52,733 nt of DNA from an uncultured Candidatus Saccharibacteria bacterium (GCA_964612415.1 CAZTCT010000004.1:1-52733), one strand, 5' to 3'. Shown: positions 16,046 to 25,643, counted from the first letter of the stretch. Numbers and translations: made by a program. Notes: generated from the sequence alone by a model not told the origin.

Positions 16046-16606
16046 ATGCGTTGGGCAGAAAGGCACAAGATTTTGGTAACCGTCCTCCTTTTGGTGGTCG
16101 CGTTCAATACTCTCTTTTTCTACATTAGCCCGACAGAGATTGTAGAGTATATTGGGGTAGAGAATAGCTACGTGGCTGCATTTTTACTTGCAACCATTGG
16201 TGGTGTATCAACACTCACTGGCGCGGCGCTTTTTACCACAATTGTGGCATTTGCAGCGGGCGGGCTTGATGCGAAGATGCTCGGAGTTATTGCGGGGCTT
16301 GGGATTTTTGTTTCCAATAGCATCTTCTTCTTTCTTGCGCTTTATGGGAGAAAGTCGGTTCCAAGACAATGGCATGAGCGACTGGTACGGATTGAGCAAT
16401 GGATTAAGAAAAGGATTTCTCGTAAAAAAATCCTTTTGCTCTCCTATTTATACCTAAGTCTTACTCCATTTCCTGATGATGTGCTTATGTTCGGGCTTGT
16501 GCTCGCTGGCTATTCATACAAAAAAGTTGCACCAATCTTGCTCGCGGGGGGTATTTCCATTGCTACTCTTGTTGCGCACCTAGGAAATTTTTGGCACACA
16601 GGGTAG
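16046..16606 (+). CDS. Polytopic membrane protein (DedA/VTT-like?)
   Basis: 186-aa ORF with about 5 TM segments. The family assignment is tentative. Confidence 0.5.
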   Translation: MRWAERHKILVTVLLLVVAFNTLFFYISPTEIVEYIGVENSYVAAFLLATIGGVSTLTGAALFTTIVAFAAGGLDAKMLGVIAGLGIFVSNSIFFFLALYGRKSVPRQWHERLVRIEQWIKKRISRKKILLLSYLYLSLTPFPDDVLMFGLVLAGYSYKKVAPILLAGGISIATLVAHLGNFWHTG

Positions 16607-16685
16607 TTCGCATCATTCTTGCAGGGGGGTATAATAGGGTAAATGCTGCTGGGGAGGCAGATTTATAGGCTAATCCCATAATTAT

Positions 16686-17834
16686 ATGTTCAAAAAAGCC
16701 TTGGGAGTTTTGGGTATAAGTACGGCGCTTGCCCTTGGAGGGGTAGCGTTCGTCGCTTCTGCAGCTGAATTGCGGGCAGGAGAACAGCCGTCTTTACCAA
16801 AAGGAACAAGTATTAATGATGATGTGTATATCGCAGGGGGAAGTATTACTTCTTCTGCAAACATTACTGGTGACTTTGTTGCCGCGGGTGGAAATATATT
16901 AATAAACGGTTTTGTTTCCGAAGACTTGATTGCCGCAGGGGGTGACATCAGTATTCTCGGAAACGTGGGGGATGACTTACGCATTGCTGGAGGGAATATT
17001 ACTGTCGGGGGAACTGTCGGCGGAGATGCCGTAATTGGCGGTGGTCAGGTGCAGATCACAGGGGACGGTATTCGTGGTGATCTCGTCTGGGGTGGAGGAG
17101 TTTTGCAGATAGATGCTCCTGTACAAGGGGATCTTAAGCTTGGTGGAGGGGAAGTATTCATTAACGCCCCAGTCACGGGGAATGTTGAATTTCATGGAGA
17201 TAAACTGACTCTTGGGAGCGGTGCAATCATACGCGGTACACTTACGTACAAAACTCCGAAAGAATTGACCAAAGAAGAAGGAGCTCAAGTCTTAGGAGAA
17301 GTAGTATACAAGCCCCGCACAGTTGCTTCTGATGCGCGTTTCAAGGAAGCGCTTGCGGCGGTATTCTCTCTTGCGGTGCTCATGGGCTTGCTGTCGCGCT
17401 TTGTAGCGTCTCTTGCTTTTGGGCTTCTGCTCAAGCGCTATTCAGAGACCATCATAAAGGGCGCGCTTGGTTCACCACTGCGAGAAATTGGCCGTGGCTT
17501 CATTTCTCTTGTTGCCATTCCTGCCGCAGCGATCATTTTGCTTGCAACGGTCATTGGGATTCCGCTTGGATTACTTACCATCTTTGCATTCCTTGCGCTC
17601 TTCATCGTTGCGATGATCATTTCGCCGATAGTGCTTGGAAGTTTCTTGCATGCATGGTTTGTAAAGTCCAGCCACTATCAAGTGAACTGGAAGACGATAC
17701 TTCTCGGTGTTTTTGTCTACTTCATCCTTGGATTTATTCCTATTGTGGGGTGGATTATCCGATGCGGATTCTTCCTCGCTACAGTAGGGGCGATGGTGAA
17801 GCTTAAAGGAGAACTTGTGAAGGATTGGAGGTAA
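16686..17834 (+). CDS. Secreted beta-helix repeat protein (bactofilin/polymer-forming-like repeats) fused to a C-terminal polytopic membrane domain
   Basis: Signal peptide, then about 9 repeats of the type (I/V)xGD(L/F)xxAGGx(I/V)x(I/V)xGxV. Four or five TM helices follow. Confidence 0.65.
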   Translation: MFKKALGVLGISTALALGGVAFVASAAELRAGEQPSLPKGTSINDDVYIAGGSITSSANITGDFVAAGGNILINGFVSEDLIAAGGDISILGNVGDDLRIAGGNITVGGTVGGDAVIGGGQVQITGDGIRGDLVWGGGVLQIDAPVQGDLKLGGGEVFINAPVTGNVEFHGDKLTLGSGAIIRGTLTYKTPKELTKEEGAQVLGEVVYKPRTVASDARFKEALAAVFSLAVLMGLLSRFVASLAFGLLLKRYSETIIKGALGSPLREIGRGFISLVAIPAAAIILLATVIGIPLGLLTIFAFLALFIVAMIISPIVLGSFLHAWFVKSSHYQVNWKTILLGVFVYFILGFIPIVGWIIRCGFFLATVGAMVKLKGELVKDWR

Positions 17835-17846
17835 AAAGCAAAAACA

Positions 17847-17875
17847 AAACCGCGCGGGGAACCGCGCGGTTTTTC
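17847..17875. terminator. Bidirectional terminator hairpin
   Basis: AAAACCGCGCGG-GGAA-CCGCGCGGTTTTT. Confidence 0.8.
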
Positions 17876-17900
17876 GTTGGGGCTGCAATATTTATCGTTG

Positions 17901-18302
17901 TTACGTTGGGAGTTGATAGAGCATGACGGTCCCTGTGCCGATCGTCATTGCCCACAGCCAATAAAATGCGCGAGCCAGATATTTGTGCACAAGAGGGCTT
18001 CGCAATCCCGTAAAACGGACCACCATGACACTAAAGACTATCACAAGCATTGTCACTATAAGGAAGTGGAACGCTTGCAAGAGCCAGTGTGATGAATATG
18101 GGTCAGGGCTTATGCGGATCTGGAGCTCCACAAGTGCGACCGCGACGAGGGTCAGACACCCGAGCGTCGCAACTTTTGAGCGATGAACCGCGAGCTTCTC
18201 AGGACTAAATCCTTTTGTGAGATTTTTCCCCGCTTGCCACAGGTCAAAAAGTTGCCATGCGATAGCAAGTCCAAAAAGCAGCGTAACAATCTTAAAGAAC
18301 AT
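17901..18302 (-). CDS. Membrane protein (about 4 TM), hypothetical
   Basis: 133-aa hydrophobic ORF. I recognised no family. Confidence 0.5.
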   Translation of the reverse strand: MFFKIVTLLFGLAIAWQLFDLWQAGKNLTKGFSPEKLAVHRSKVATLGCLTLVAVALVELQIRISPDPYSSHWLLQAFHFLIVTMLVIVFSVMVVRFTGLRSPLVHKYLARAFYWLWAMTIGTGTVMLYQLPT

Positions 18303-18361
18303 TTAGACCTCCTTTTCTCTATGTCAGGATGATTACTGTCGGCGAGTATAACACAGAAATG

Positions 18362-18826
18362 CTAGGTTTTCTCAATTTTGAGAGACTCCTTGTGTGCCAT
18401 AAAAACAACAAATACAAATAGAAATGTATATCCAATCATGAAGTAGTGATATGGGTATGGAGGGTTAAGTACGGCCATGACGAATATCCATGTCCATGAA
18501 AAAACTGAAATTGCCCTATTGAGGATAAGATGTGCATTTTTCTTGAGTACAAAAAAGGAGACTTCTGTCACAAGAAGGATCACCATAATCGTCATATTAG
18601 AGAGGAATTTCCCAGAATCTAAAAATTTTTCAGGATCAGCAATGAATAGAAAGACGCCTGATATCGTGATGCCGATAATGCCAATGAGTGCGATTGCCAT
18701 GCCTATCCGCACAGGTTTTGTCACCAAGGGGACACCTCTTCTCGCGTTTTTGAATAGGGAAACACTTGAGATGTATGAACCGATGATTCCAAGTATTGAT
18801 GAAATGATGTGGGCGATTAGGTCCAT
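18362..18826 (-). CDS. Membrane protein (about 4 TM), hypothetical
   Basis: 154-aa hydrophobic ORF. I recognised no family. Confidence 0.5.
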   Translation of the reverse strand: MDLIAHIISSILGIIGSYISSVSLFKNARRGVPLVTKPVRIGMAIALIGIIGITISGVFLFIADPEKFLDSGKFLSNMTIMVILLVTEVSFFVLKKNAHLILNRAISVFSWTWIFVMAVLNPPYPYHYFMIGYTFLFVFVVFMAHKESLKIEKT

Positions 18827-18902
18827 AAGCGAGTTTGAGGCAATGTGGGATATAGTGTAACATTATCGGCGGAAATCATGTAATTCACAAAGATGGAGGT
18901 GA

Positions 18903-19298
18903 GTGATGGAGCGTGGTCCTATTAAATTTCTACTGCTCTGGTGCGGGCATCTACTCGTTTTTATTGGTGTCATTGGTATTTTTGTCCCAGTGCTACCCAC
19001 AACCCCGTTTATCCTTATCGCGAGTGCGTGTTATGCTCGCAGTTCTGACAAGTTTCATCGTGCTCTGTACGAAAGCAAGCTGTTCGGTGGGATGCTCAAG
19101 AACTGGCAGGATACGCGTTCAATTGCGCCGCGGGCAAAAGTTATTGCGGTAGCAACAATTTGGATCGGAATTGCCATTTCTTTTTCCTTCATTACGACCA
19201 GATGGGTCGAACTTGTTCTTTTAGGCATTGGCGCGTTCATTTCTTTGTTTATTATTACAAGGGCGAATCCGCCTCGTACTGTATCTGAGGACAGCTAA
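18903..19298 (+). CDS. DUF454 (YbaN-family) inner-membrane protein
   Basis: VPVLPTTPFILIASACYARSSDKFHRALYESKLFGGMLKNWQDTRSI matches the YbaN family pattern. Confidence 0.75.
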   Translation: MMERGPIKFLLLWCGHLLVFIGVIGIFVPVLPTTPFILIASACYARSSDKFHRALYESKLFGGMLKNWQDTRSIAPRAKVIAVATIWIGIAISFSFITTRWVELVLLGIGAFISLFIITRANPPRTVSEDS

Positions 19299-19300
19299 TA

Positions 19301-19340
19301 AAACCCCTCGCATATGTATTGCATATGGGAGGGGTTTTTC
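19301..19340. terminator. Bidirectional terminator, long hairpin
   Basis: AAACCCCTC-gCATATG-tattg-CATATGg-GAGGGGTTTTT between convergent genes. Confidence 0.75.
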
Positions 19341-19346
19341 TTATAC

Positions 19347-20129
19347 CTATTGTTTGAGCCCAAGTCCTGTGCGGATGAGATACCAGTTGATGGCGATGAG
19401 AATGAGGATAAGGAGGAGAAGCATCCCCACAGAAATCGCAAGTGAAATATCTGCCATCCCCAAGAATCCGTATCGGAAACCGTTAATAAGATAAAAGAGC
19501 GGGTTTGCGTAGGTAATGGTTTGCCACCATGCGGGAAGTACATGTACAGAGTAAAATATTCCACCAAGATATACCAGTGGCGTGAGTACGAATGTAGGGA
19601 TGATGTTGATGCCGTCTATGGATTTTGCATATATACCATTTACAAGTCCTGCCAGGGAGAAGACAAGGCAGGTGAGGATCGCAAACGCAAAGATAATAAG
19701 TATGTTATGAATCGCAAGCGTGAGCCCTGTGAAGAAAAGGGACACAAGCAATACGAGCGTTCCCACAAGAAGCCCACGTACTACTCCTCCTCCAATGAAT
19801 CCTGCGATGAGAAGCCACGGTGGTGTAGGTGATACTAATATTTCGTCAATGGAGCGTGCAAAGAATTTTGAAGTGAAAAATGTGAATGAGGTGTTGGCGT
19901 ATGATGTGGTGACGATAGCAAGCATTACAAGTCCTGGAACGACGAACGTCATGTAATCAACGCCCTGCATAGTGCCGATGCGAGAGCCAAGGACAGTGCC
20001 GAAGATCAGAAAGTACAACACAGAAGTGATGATAGATGGAAGGAGTGTCTGTGGCCAGATGCGAATGATACGCACAATATCCTTGCGTATGATGGTATAA
20101 AAAGATATCCAAAGTCTGTGTGGCTCCAT
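19347..20129 (-). CDS. ABC-2 type transporter permease
   Basis: 260-aa protein with 6 TM segments. I moved the start to MEPHRLWISFYTIIRKDIVRI (ATG at 20129), 1 nt after the ATPase stop. Confidence 0.8.
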   Translation of the reverse strand: MEPHRLWISFYTIIRKDIVRIIRIWPQTLLPSIITSVLYFLIFGTVLGSRIGTMQGVDYMTFVVPGLVMLAIVTTSYANTSFTFFTSKFFARSIDEILVSPTPPWLLIAGFIGGGVVRGLLVGTLVLLVSLFFTGLTLAIHNILIIFAFAILTCLVFSLAGLVNGIYAKSIDGINIIPTFVLTPLVYLGGIFYSVHVLPAWWQTITYANPLFYLINGFRYGFLGMADISLAISVGMLLLLILILIAINWYLIRTGLGLKQ

Positions 20130-20130
20130 A

Positions 20131-21051
20131 TTATTCTTTTGTGAGATGAACGAACACTTCCTCAAGTTTCCCTGACTTATTGCGTACTGTTTGTACTGGC
20201 AGACTATGTCGGTTGAGCGTGAGCAATGCTTCATTGAGACCCTTACCCTCACCAATCTCTATTTCTATAGTTGTGTCGTCAATCTTTTTTGCGTTATAAG
20301 AGGAGAGCGCGCGAAGACCGCTTTCCGTCACTGGCTTTGTGAGGTCTATAAGTACGCTTTCGTGCTTGAGTTTTTGGAGGATATCTTTCATGGCGCCAGA
20401 AGCAACGATCTGACCTTTGTTGATGATAGCGACATTCTTGCAAAGCTGCTCTGCTTCTTCAAGATAGTGTGTGGTGAGAAGTATGGTAAGTCCATTTTTT
20501 GTGAGGCTGCGAAGATAGTCCCACATGCTCCTGCGCAACTCTACATCGACGCCAGCTGTGGGCTCGTCTAAAACAAGAAATCTTGGTTCATGAATAAGCG
20601 CACGAGCGATCATGAGGCGACGCTTCATACCTCCAGAGAGTGACATGGAAGACTGACGCATCTTTTCTCCCAATCCAAGGTCAGAGAGTAATTTTTCTGC
20701 CCGTGGAATTGCGATTGAGCGCGGGATGCCGTAATAGCCACCTTGGTTCACCACAATATCAATTGGTTTCTCAAACGGGTTAAAATTTATCTCTTGTCCG
20801 ACGAGCCCTATTTGCGCTTTCGCGAGCTCTGTTTGTTTATCAATATCGTACCCAAATACCGATACTGTCCCGGCGGTTTTTGTAACAAGACCTGTGACGA
20901 TGCCGATGATAGTAGTTTTTCCGGCGCCGTTTGGTCCAAGGAGTGCGAAGAAATCTCCCGCAGGCACCGTGAGGGAAACACCCTTGAGGGCTTCTGTTCC
21001 TGTTTTGTACTGTTTCTTGAGATCGGTGACGACGAGTGCGTGTTCTGACAT
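20131..21051 (-). CDS. ABC transporter ATP-binding protein (ABC-2/DrrA-like)
   Basis: Walker A GPNGAGKTT, signature LSGGMKRRL and Walker B LVLDEPT. I moved the start to MSEHALVV. Confidence 0.9.
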   Translation of the reverse strand: MSEHALVVTDLKKQYKTGTEALKGVSLTVPAGDFFALLGPNGAGKTTIIGIVTGLVTKTAGTVSVFGYDIDKQTELAKAQIGLVGQEINFNPFEKPIDIVVNQGGYYGIPRSIAIPRAEKLLSDLGLGEKMRQSSMSLSGGMKRRLMIARALIHEPRFLVLDEPTAGVDVELRRSMWDYLRSLTKNGLTILLTTHYLEEAEQLCKNVAIINKGQIVASGAMKDILQKLKHESVLIDLTKPVTESGLRALSSYNAKKIDDTTIEIEIGEGKGLNEALLTLNRHSLPVQTVRNKSGKLEEVFVHLTKE

Positions 21052-21158
21052 TGTGCTAATCATACCAAACCCTGCAAGAGAGAGGGAGGGGCGGTTGCAA
21101 AATCTTTCATCCCCGTTACTATGGGTAAGTAGCTTTAGACCTAATTGGCTGAAGATCA

Positions 21159-22433
21159 ATGAAGATATTTCTTACTCTTGTTGCCGCTGGCTTTGTTGCG
21201 GCAGGTGCGTGGTTTGTGAGCTCTTCCCAAGAGCCTCAAGAAGAGCTCCTCACATTTACTCGTGAGGAAACACCAGAGACATCGAAAGAAACAAAAGTGG
21301 TGAAGCCCGACGCTATCACGCTTGTTCCGCAAACTCTAACCTTCAATGATGGGACGGAAGTTACATACCAAATTGCTGATGGATTTGATATTGCGATCGC
21401 TACAGAAGACATGGGCAAAGCACGATTTATGACCTGGAGTCCTGATGGGAGAATGTTCGTACCAGACATGATCAATTACAACCTAAGTCATAATGGAAAG
21501 ATATACATTCTTGATGACTTCAATGAGAAGACACATCAATTTGAGAAAAAGTCTGTCTACTTGTCTGGTTTGCGCGGGCCGCACAATGTTGCTTTTTACA
21601 CGGACAAAGAAGGGAAGAGTTGGATATATGTGCCCCTTACCGAACATCTACTCCGATATCCATACAAGGCGGGGGATATGGAGCCTTCAGGTGAGCCTGA
21701 GGTGGTGACCAACTTTCCAAACCAGCAGAGTGAAGGCGCTGACGGAATCGTGTGGCATATTACCCGCACCGTCCTTTTTCATGACGATACGCTTTTTGTG
21801 TCAGTAGGGAGCGGGTGCAATATTTGCGAGGAGAAGGAAGATGAATATCGCGCGATGATCCTTGCCATGGATCCAGACGGAAGTAATGTCAGGGTATATG
21901 CACGAGGGATAAAGAATCCCGTTGGTCTTGAGTGGGCAAATGGGTCACTCTATGCTACAGAAAACGGGGTAGATCACCTAGGCGCTGACGCTCCAGATGA
22001 TGTGATGTACAAAGTGGATGAAGGCAAACATTATGGGTGGCCGTATTGCTATGAACTTGATGGAGAAAAGCACGCTGAACCTGGGCGTACATGGGAGAGA
22101 AGTCCTGGTGCGTGCGAGACATTAGGACAAGCGTTTGTGTCTTTTGGTCCCCATACTGCGCCGCTCGGTGTCACGTATTTTGAAAATGCGAATTCTGCAC
22201 TCGCACACACGTTTCTTGTAGCACTACAAGGCTCATGGCAGCCAGAACTTAGGCAGGGGTATCAAGTGGTGCGCGTGATGGAGGATGGCACTACGGATGT
22301 ATTTGTTGATGGTCTGCAAGCTCCAAATGGTGAGCGTCTTGCACGTCCTGTCGGGATTCTCCAAAAAGATAAAGACTCATTCTTCTTTACCGACGATTAC
22401 AACGGGAGGATATATTACGTGTACGCAAAATAG
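21159..22433 (+). CDS. Soluble PQQ-dependent sugar (glucose/sorbosone) dehydrogenase-like beta-propeller protein
   Basis: Signal/anchor N-terminus, plus HYGWPYCY, NPVGLEW and FFTDDYNGRIYYV, which are motifs typical of the SGDH family. Confidence 0.7.
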   Translation: MKIFLTLVAAGFVAAGAWFVSSSQEPQEELLTFTREETPETSKETKVVKPDAITLVPQTLTFNDGTEVTYQIADGFDIAIATEDMGKARFMTWSPDGRMFVPDMINYNLSHNGKIYILDDFNEKTHQFEKKSVYLSGLRGPHNVAFYTDKEGKSWIYVPLTEHLLRYPYKAGDMEPSGEPEVVTNFPNQQSEGADGIVWHITRTVLFHDDTLFVSVGSGCNICEEKEDEYRAMILAMDPDGSNVRVYARGIKNPVGLEWANGSLYATENGVDHLGADAPDDVMYKVDEGKHYGWPYCYELDGEKHAEPGRTWERSPGACETLGQAFVSFGPHTAPLGVTYFENANSALAHTFLVALQGSWQPELRQGYQVVRVMEDGTTDVFVDGLQAPNGERLARPVGILQKDKDSFFFTDDYNGRIYYVYAK

Positions 22434-22440
22434 AGGATAG

Positions 22441-23646
22441 TTAGAAAGGTGGGCGTGAGACCCATACGGTCTCTTGATATGTTTTTCGGTAGAAGAGAAA
22501 TGCGCCCATCATCACTAAACTGCTGATGATGATGACATAGTAAACAATACCCTCGTTAAATACTGGGGTGTGAAGGTAGTCTGGAATACTGAAGAAGAGA
22601 ATGATGGTGACAAGCCCACGCGGCGCGAGGAGAAGTTCTTGGATAAAATTGCCACCGATAATGTATTTGAGTGAGACGAGGCGAATTGCCAGAATGATAA
22701 GAAAGATAATGGTCCCTGCAGTAAGTACGGTAGAGCTTGAGAATATCTCAAGTGGGAGGGTATATCCAAAGACGATGAAGAAAAATGTGCGGATGAGAAA
22801 GGAAAGCTCAGTGATGAAAGTCTTGAGTTCGTCTGTGGCTTTGAGGAAATTATCCATGTCAAAACCCTCCTTTACGATCTCCGGCACAAGTTCAAGATTT
22901 TTGATAAGCATGCCGAATGCCAAAATGAGAAGCAGGGCAGGAAGATGAAGTATCTTTGTGGTTGCAAAGACAGCGACAACAATAGCGAGTATTGGAATAA
23001 GCCTGATTGAGAGATTGCTAAAATGCATCAACCAGAGCATGAGGATAAGGAAGATGATGGCGATAGGGAACGTGATGCCGATGTCTGTCACAAACTGCAG
23101 TGGGAGATTGCCAAGAGAGAAAGTTGGCATAATTACATACCCGAAGGCTAAAATGCCTATGATGTCTGAGAAAGTAGATTCATATACAACGAACTCGCGC
23201 TTTTCTGGAGTGAGGTGAACCGCGGTAGGGATTGCGATTGCGCTACTAATAATGGAAAGAGGAATCGCGTATGCCAGTGCGCTCTGGAAGGACACGTTCA
23301 TAAAGATGACAAATATCTCCGTAATAACGCCTGCAGTGAAGGCAAATATAAGGAATGCGGAACTGAATGCCTTCGCTGCCATCTCGAGCGAACTCTTTTT
23401 AAGAGAAAGACCAAGAGATCCCTCCAAGACAATGAAAATAAGTCCAAGAATACCCAATATTTCCAGAAGAGAATGTATTTGGGAATCAAAGTGTCCTGCA
23501 GATGCACCAAAAAGTGAGTGCAGGAAAACTCCAAGGGCCATCAATAAGAGCACGGAGGGAATCTTTGTCTTATTTGAGATCCAAAAGAAGATGTGGGAGA
23601 GAATGACGAGCCCACTTCCCATCAACAAGAGATAATAAGTATCCAT
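22441..23646 (-). CDS. Cation:proton antiporter (Na_H_Exchanger family)
   Basis: 401-aa ORF with about 11-12 TM segments and no soluble domain. Confidence 0.7.
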   Translation of the reverse strand: MDTYYLLLMGSGLVILSHIFFWISNKTKIPSVLLLMALGVFLHSLFGASAGHFDSQIHSLLEILGILGLIFIVLEGSLGLSLKKSSLEMAAKAFSSAFLIFAFTAGVITEIFVIFMNVSFQSALAYAIPLSIISSAIAIPTAVHLTPEKREFVVYESTFSDIIGILAFGYVIMPTFSLGNLPLQFVTDIGITFPIAIIFLILMLWLMHFSNLSIRLIPILAIVVAVFATTKILHLPALLLILAFGMLIKNLELVPEIVKEGFDMDNFLKATDELKTFITELSFLIRTFFFIVFGYTLPLEIFSSSTVLTAGTIIFLIILAIRLVSLKYIIGGNFIQELLLAPRGLVTIILFFSIPDYLHTPVFNEGIVYYVIIISSLVMMGAFLFYRKTYQETVWVSRPPF

Positions 23647-23696
23647 AAAACTACTTTCTTAAAGTATACTACGAAACTTTTTTAGGAAAGGGGAAA

Positions 23697-23726
23697 ACAA
23701 AAGCCGGACATATGTCCGGCTTTTGT
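23697..23726. terminator. Palindromic terminator hairpin
   Basis: AAAAGCCGGACATATGTCCGGCTTTT. Confidence 0.8.
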
Positions 23727-23730
23727 TCAG

Positions 23731-23853
23731 CTATTTGCGACGCTTCTTCTTTGATTGAGCTGCGAGGCGTGCGTGTTTGATCGCGAGTCGCTTCTTCGTC
23801 TTCTTCGAGCGCGACTTTTTCTTGTGCGCGGGCCCAGTGTCTCTTTTTGCCAT
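23731..23853 (-). CDS. Tiny (40 aa) extremely basic protein
   Basis: Not in the ORF track. Translation: MAKRDTGPAHKKKSRSKKTKKRLAIKHARLAAQSKKKRRK. It is the last gene before the terminator, 12 nt downstream of the SPFH gene. Confidence 0.4.
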   Translation of the reverse strand: MAKRDTGPAHKKKSRSKKTKKRLAIKHARLAAQSKKKRRK

Positions 23854-23865
23854 ATTGATGTGTTA

Positions 23866-24615
23866 TTAATTCTTTTTAAATCCTTCTAATGCCTTAAGTG
23901 CCTCAATGGGGATTGCGAACACGACGGTATTTGATTGGTCAGAACTTAAGTCGTTGATTGATTGTAGCGTACGGAGGTGAAGTGCGCCAGGTGCTGATGA
24001 GAGCATAGATGCTGCTTTGGCCATGTTTTCTGCCGCAGCGACCTCACCTTCGGAGTTGATGATGACTGCGCGTTTCTCTCGCTCAGCCTCTGCTTGTTTG
24101 GCGATGGTGCGCTCCATTTCAGGTGGAAGTGATACATCTTTGAGTTCTACATTGTTCACCTTAAGCCCCCATGCGTCGGTCTCTCGGTCAACGATCTCAC
24201 GGATACGCTCAGCGATTTTCTCGCGGTTTGCGAGGAGGTCGTCAAGCGTCGCTTCTCCCACGATGTTGCGCATAGTTGTTTGCGCGTATTGCGAGATTGC
24301 ATATCGAAAATTCTCCACTTCAATGATGGCCTTCTCAGCAGACTCAACTTTATAATAAATAACCGCATTGACTTGCACAGATACGTTGTCACGGGTGATA
24401 GCCTTTTGGTCTGGCACATCAACTGCTTTCACGCGCATATCTACCTTCTGATAGGTCTGGAAAATAGGAATAACGAGGCGCCATCCGGGATCCATAATGC
24501 CCGTGAAGCGACCAAGCGTGAATCGTACTCCACGCTGGTACTGATTAATCTGGCGGATTGAAACCAGAACTATCACTACCGCAATGAATATTATTGTGGT
24601 GAAAAGTCCGTCCAT
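23866..24615 (-). CDS. SPFH/band-7 (stomatin/prohibitin-like) protein
   Basis: N-terminal TM segment, then INQYQRGVRFTLGRF...DVPDQKAITRDNVSVQVNAVIYYKV and a coiled AEAEREKRA segment. Confidence 0.85.
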   Translation of the reverse strand: MDGLFTTIIFIAVVIVLVSIRQINQYQRGVRFTLGRFTGIMDPGWRLVIPIFQTYQKVDMRVKAVDVPDQKAITRDNVSVQVNAVIYYKVESAEKAIIEVENFRYAISQYAQTTMRNIVGEATLDDLLANREKIAERIREIVDRETDAWGLKVNNVELKDVSLPPEMERTIAKQAEAEREKRAVIINSEGEVAAAENMAKAASMLSSAPGALHLRTLQSINDLSSDQSNTVVFAIPIEALKALEGFKKN

Positions 24616-24621
24616 ATATCT

Positions 24622-25407
24622 TTAGCGAATATTATTAATACTATTTTTGACCGTGTCGTGTTTGGTCTTCAAAACATTTGAGAGTGTCGCGAATGTCCTC
24701 TCGCCAACGCCCTCACTATCTTTCCCGCTTGCAAGTATTGCCCACCACGGGAAGCGCACCTTTACGCGGTCCTCGGCGTCTATCTCAACAGTTGCTCTAG
24801 CGGTAAGGGGGATGAAGCCAAGGAATTTAACGGGCTGCGTTACTTTTGCCTCTACTTTTTCGTAGTTAAGCGAGATGTTTTCTATTGGAGCGCCCTCCTC
24901 CTGTGCCCCCTGTAGGAGAATGTGCCCCAATTCATGACGACTTTCTTGTGCCTCTTCGCTACCCTCATCACTTCCGCCACTCAATAAAATGCCGAAGTTG
25001 GTGGCATTTGACCCATCATCACCCATGAAGTCTATTTCATCTGGCTCGATACCCGGAGTTGGTTTTGGGGTGATTCTTTGTGGCCTAAGGGGCGCAGATT
25101 CCCCTTCTTCAACTTTCCATTCGGTCTCTACATTTCCTTTGGTTTCTGTCGACTCGCCTTCAACGCCTTCGATTTCAAGATATGCATCCACCTGGCCTTT
25201 CTGGGGGTCTTCTGGGGCAACGACCCTTGTTGCTCCTGGAGTTGTTTGTGTGGTGCCTGTAGAGGCCGACTCAACTTTAAGCGTGGTTGGCGTTGGTGCT
25301 GATTTGGTTGATTCGCCCTCAATGTCATCATATTTAATGAAGACAGCCGCTTGTGCAAATGCAAATGGGAATAGCGCAAGTACGCTTGTAAAAATAAGTT
25401 TTTTCAT
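24622..25407 (-). CDS. Secreted acidic protein with Hcp-like sequence motifs
   Basis: I moved the start to MKKLIFTSVLALFPFAFAQA (signal peptide). Motifs are FIKYDDIEGES, YLEIEGVEGESTETKGNVETEWKVEEGES and ENISLNYEKVEAKV. Compare P. aeruginosa Hcp1: FIKIGDVKGES...IDVLAWSWG...ENVTLNFAQVQVDY. Confidence 0.6.
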   Translation of the reverse strand: MKKLIFTSVLALFPFAFAQAAVFIKYDDIEGESTKSAPTPTTLKVESASTGTTQTTPGATRVVAPEDPQKGQVDAYLEIEGVEGESTETKGNVETEWKVEEGESAPLRPQRITPKPTPGIEPDEIDFMGDDGSNATNFGILLSGGSDEGSEEAQESRHELGHILLQGAQEEGAPIENISLNYEKVEAKVTQPVKFLGFIPLTARATVEIDAEDRVKVRFPWWAILASGKDSEGVGERTFATLSNVLKTKHDTVKNSINNIR

Positions 25408-25435
25408 ATACCGCCAGTATACACCTTTTGGGCGG

Positions 25436-25603
25436 TTATTGTGCAAGGGTAGGGGTGGCGAAGAATTCACCCAAATAGTATGGCCAAATAACAATCGCAA
25501 GTACTCCTTGCCAGAAGGAGAGCTTGAGATAGCCGATGGTGAACATCCATGCGGCAAACCACACTCCACCACTGACCGTGTGCTGTTCAACTTTTATTTT
25601 CAT
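25436..25603 (-). CDS. Small (55 aa) two-TM membrane protein
   Basis: Translation: MKIKVEQHTVSGGVWFAAWMFTIGYLKLSFWQGVLAIVIWPYYLGEFFATPTLAQ. The longer 112-aa form in the track overlaps another small ORF. Confidence 0.45.
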   Translation of the reverse strand: MKIKVEQHTVSGGVWFAAWMFTIGYLKLSFWQGVLAIVIWPYYLGEFFATPTLAQ

Positions 25604-25643
25604 ATATAGAAAGTATATCTCTTTTCCGCAGAGGGCGCTATTT

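Noticed and set aside
24989-25609. 206-aa plus-strand ORF
   Set aside because: It is antisense to the signal-peptide/Hcp-motif gene. Its translation is Ser/Pro/Gly-rich with no start context.
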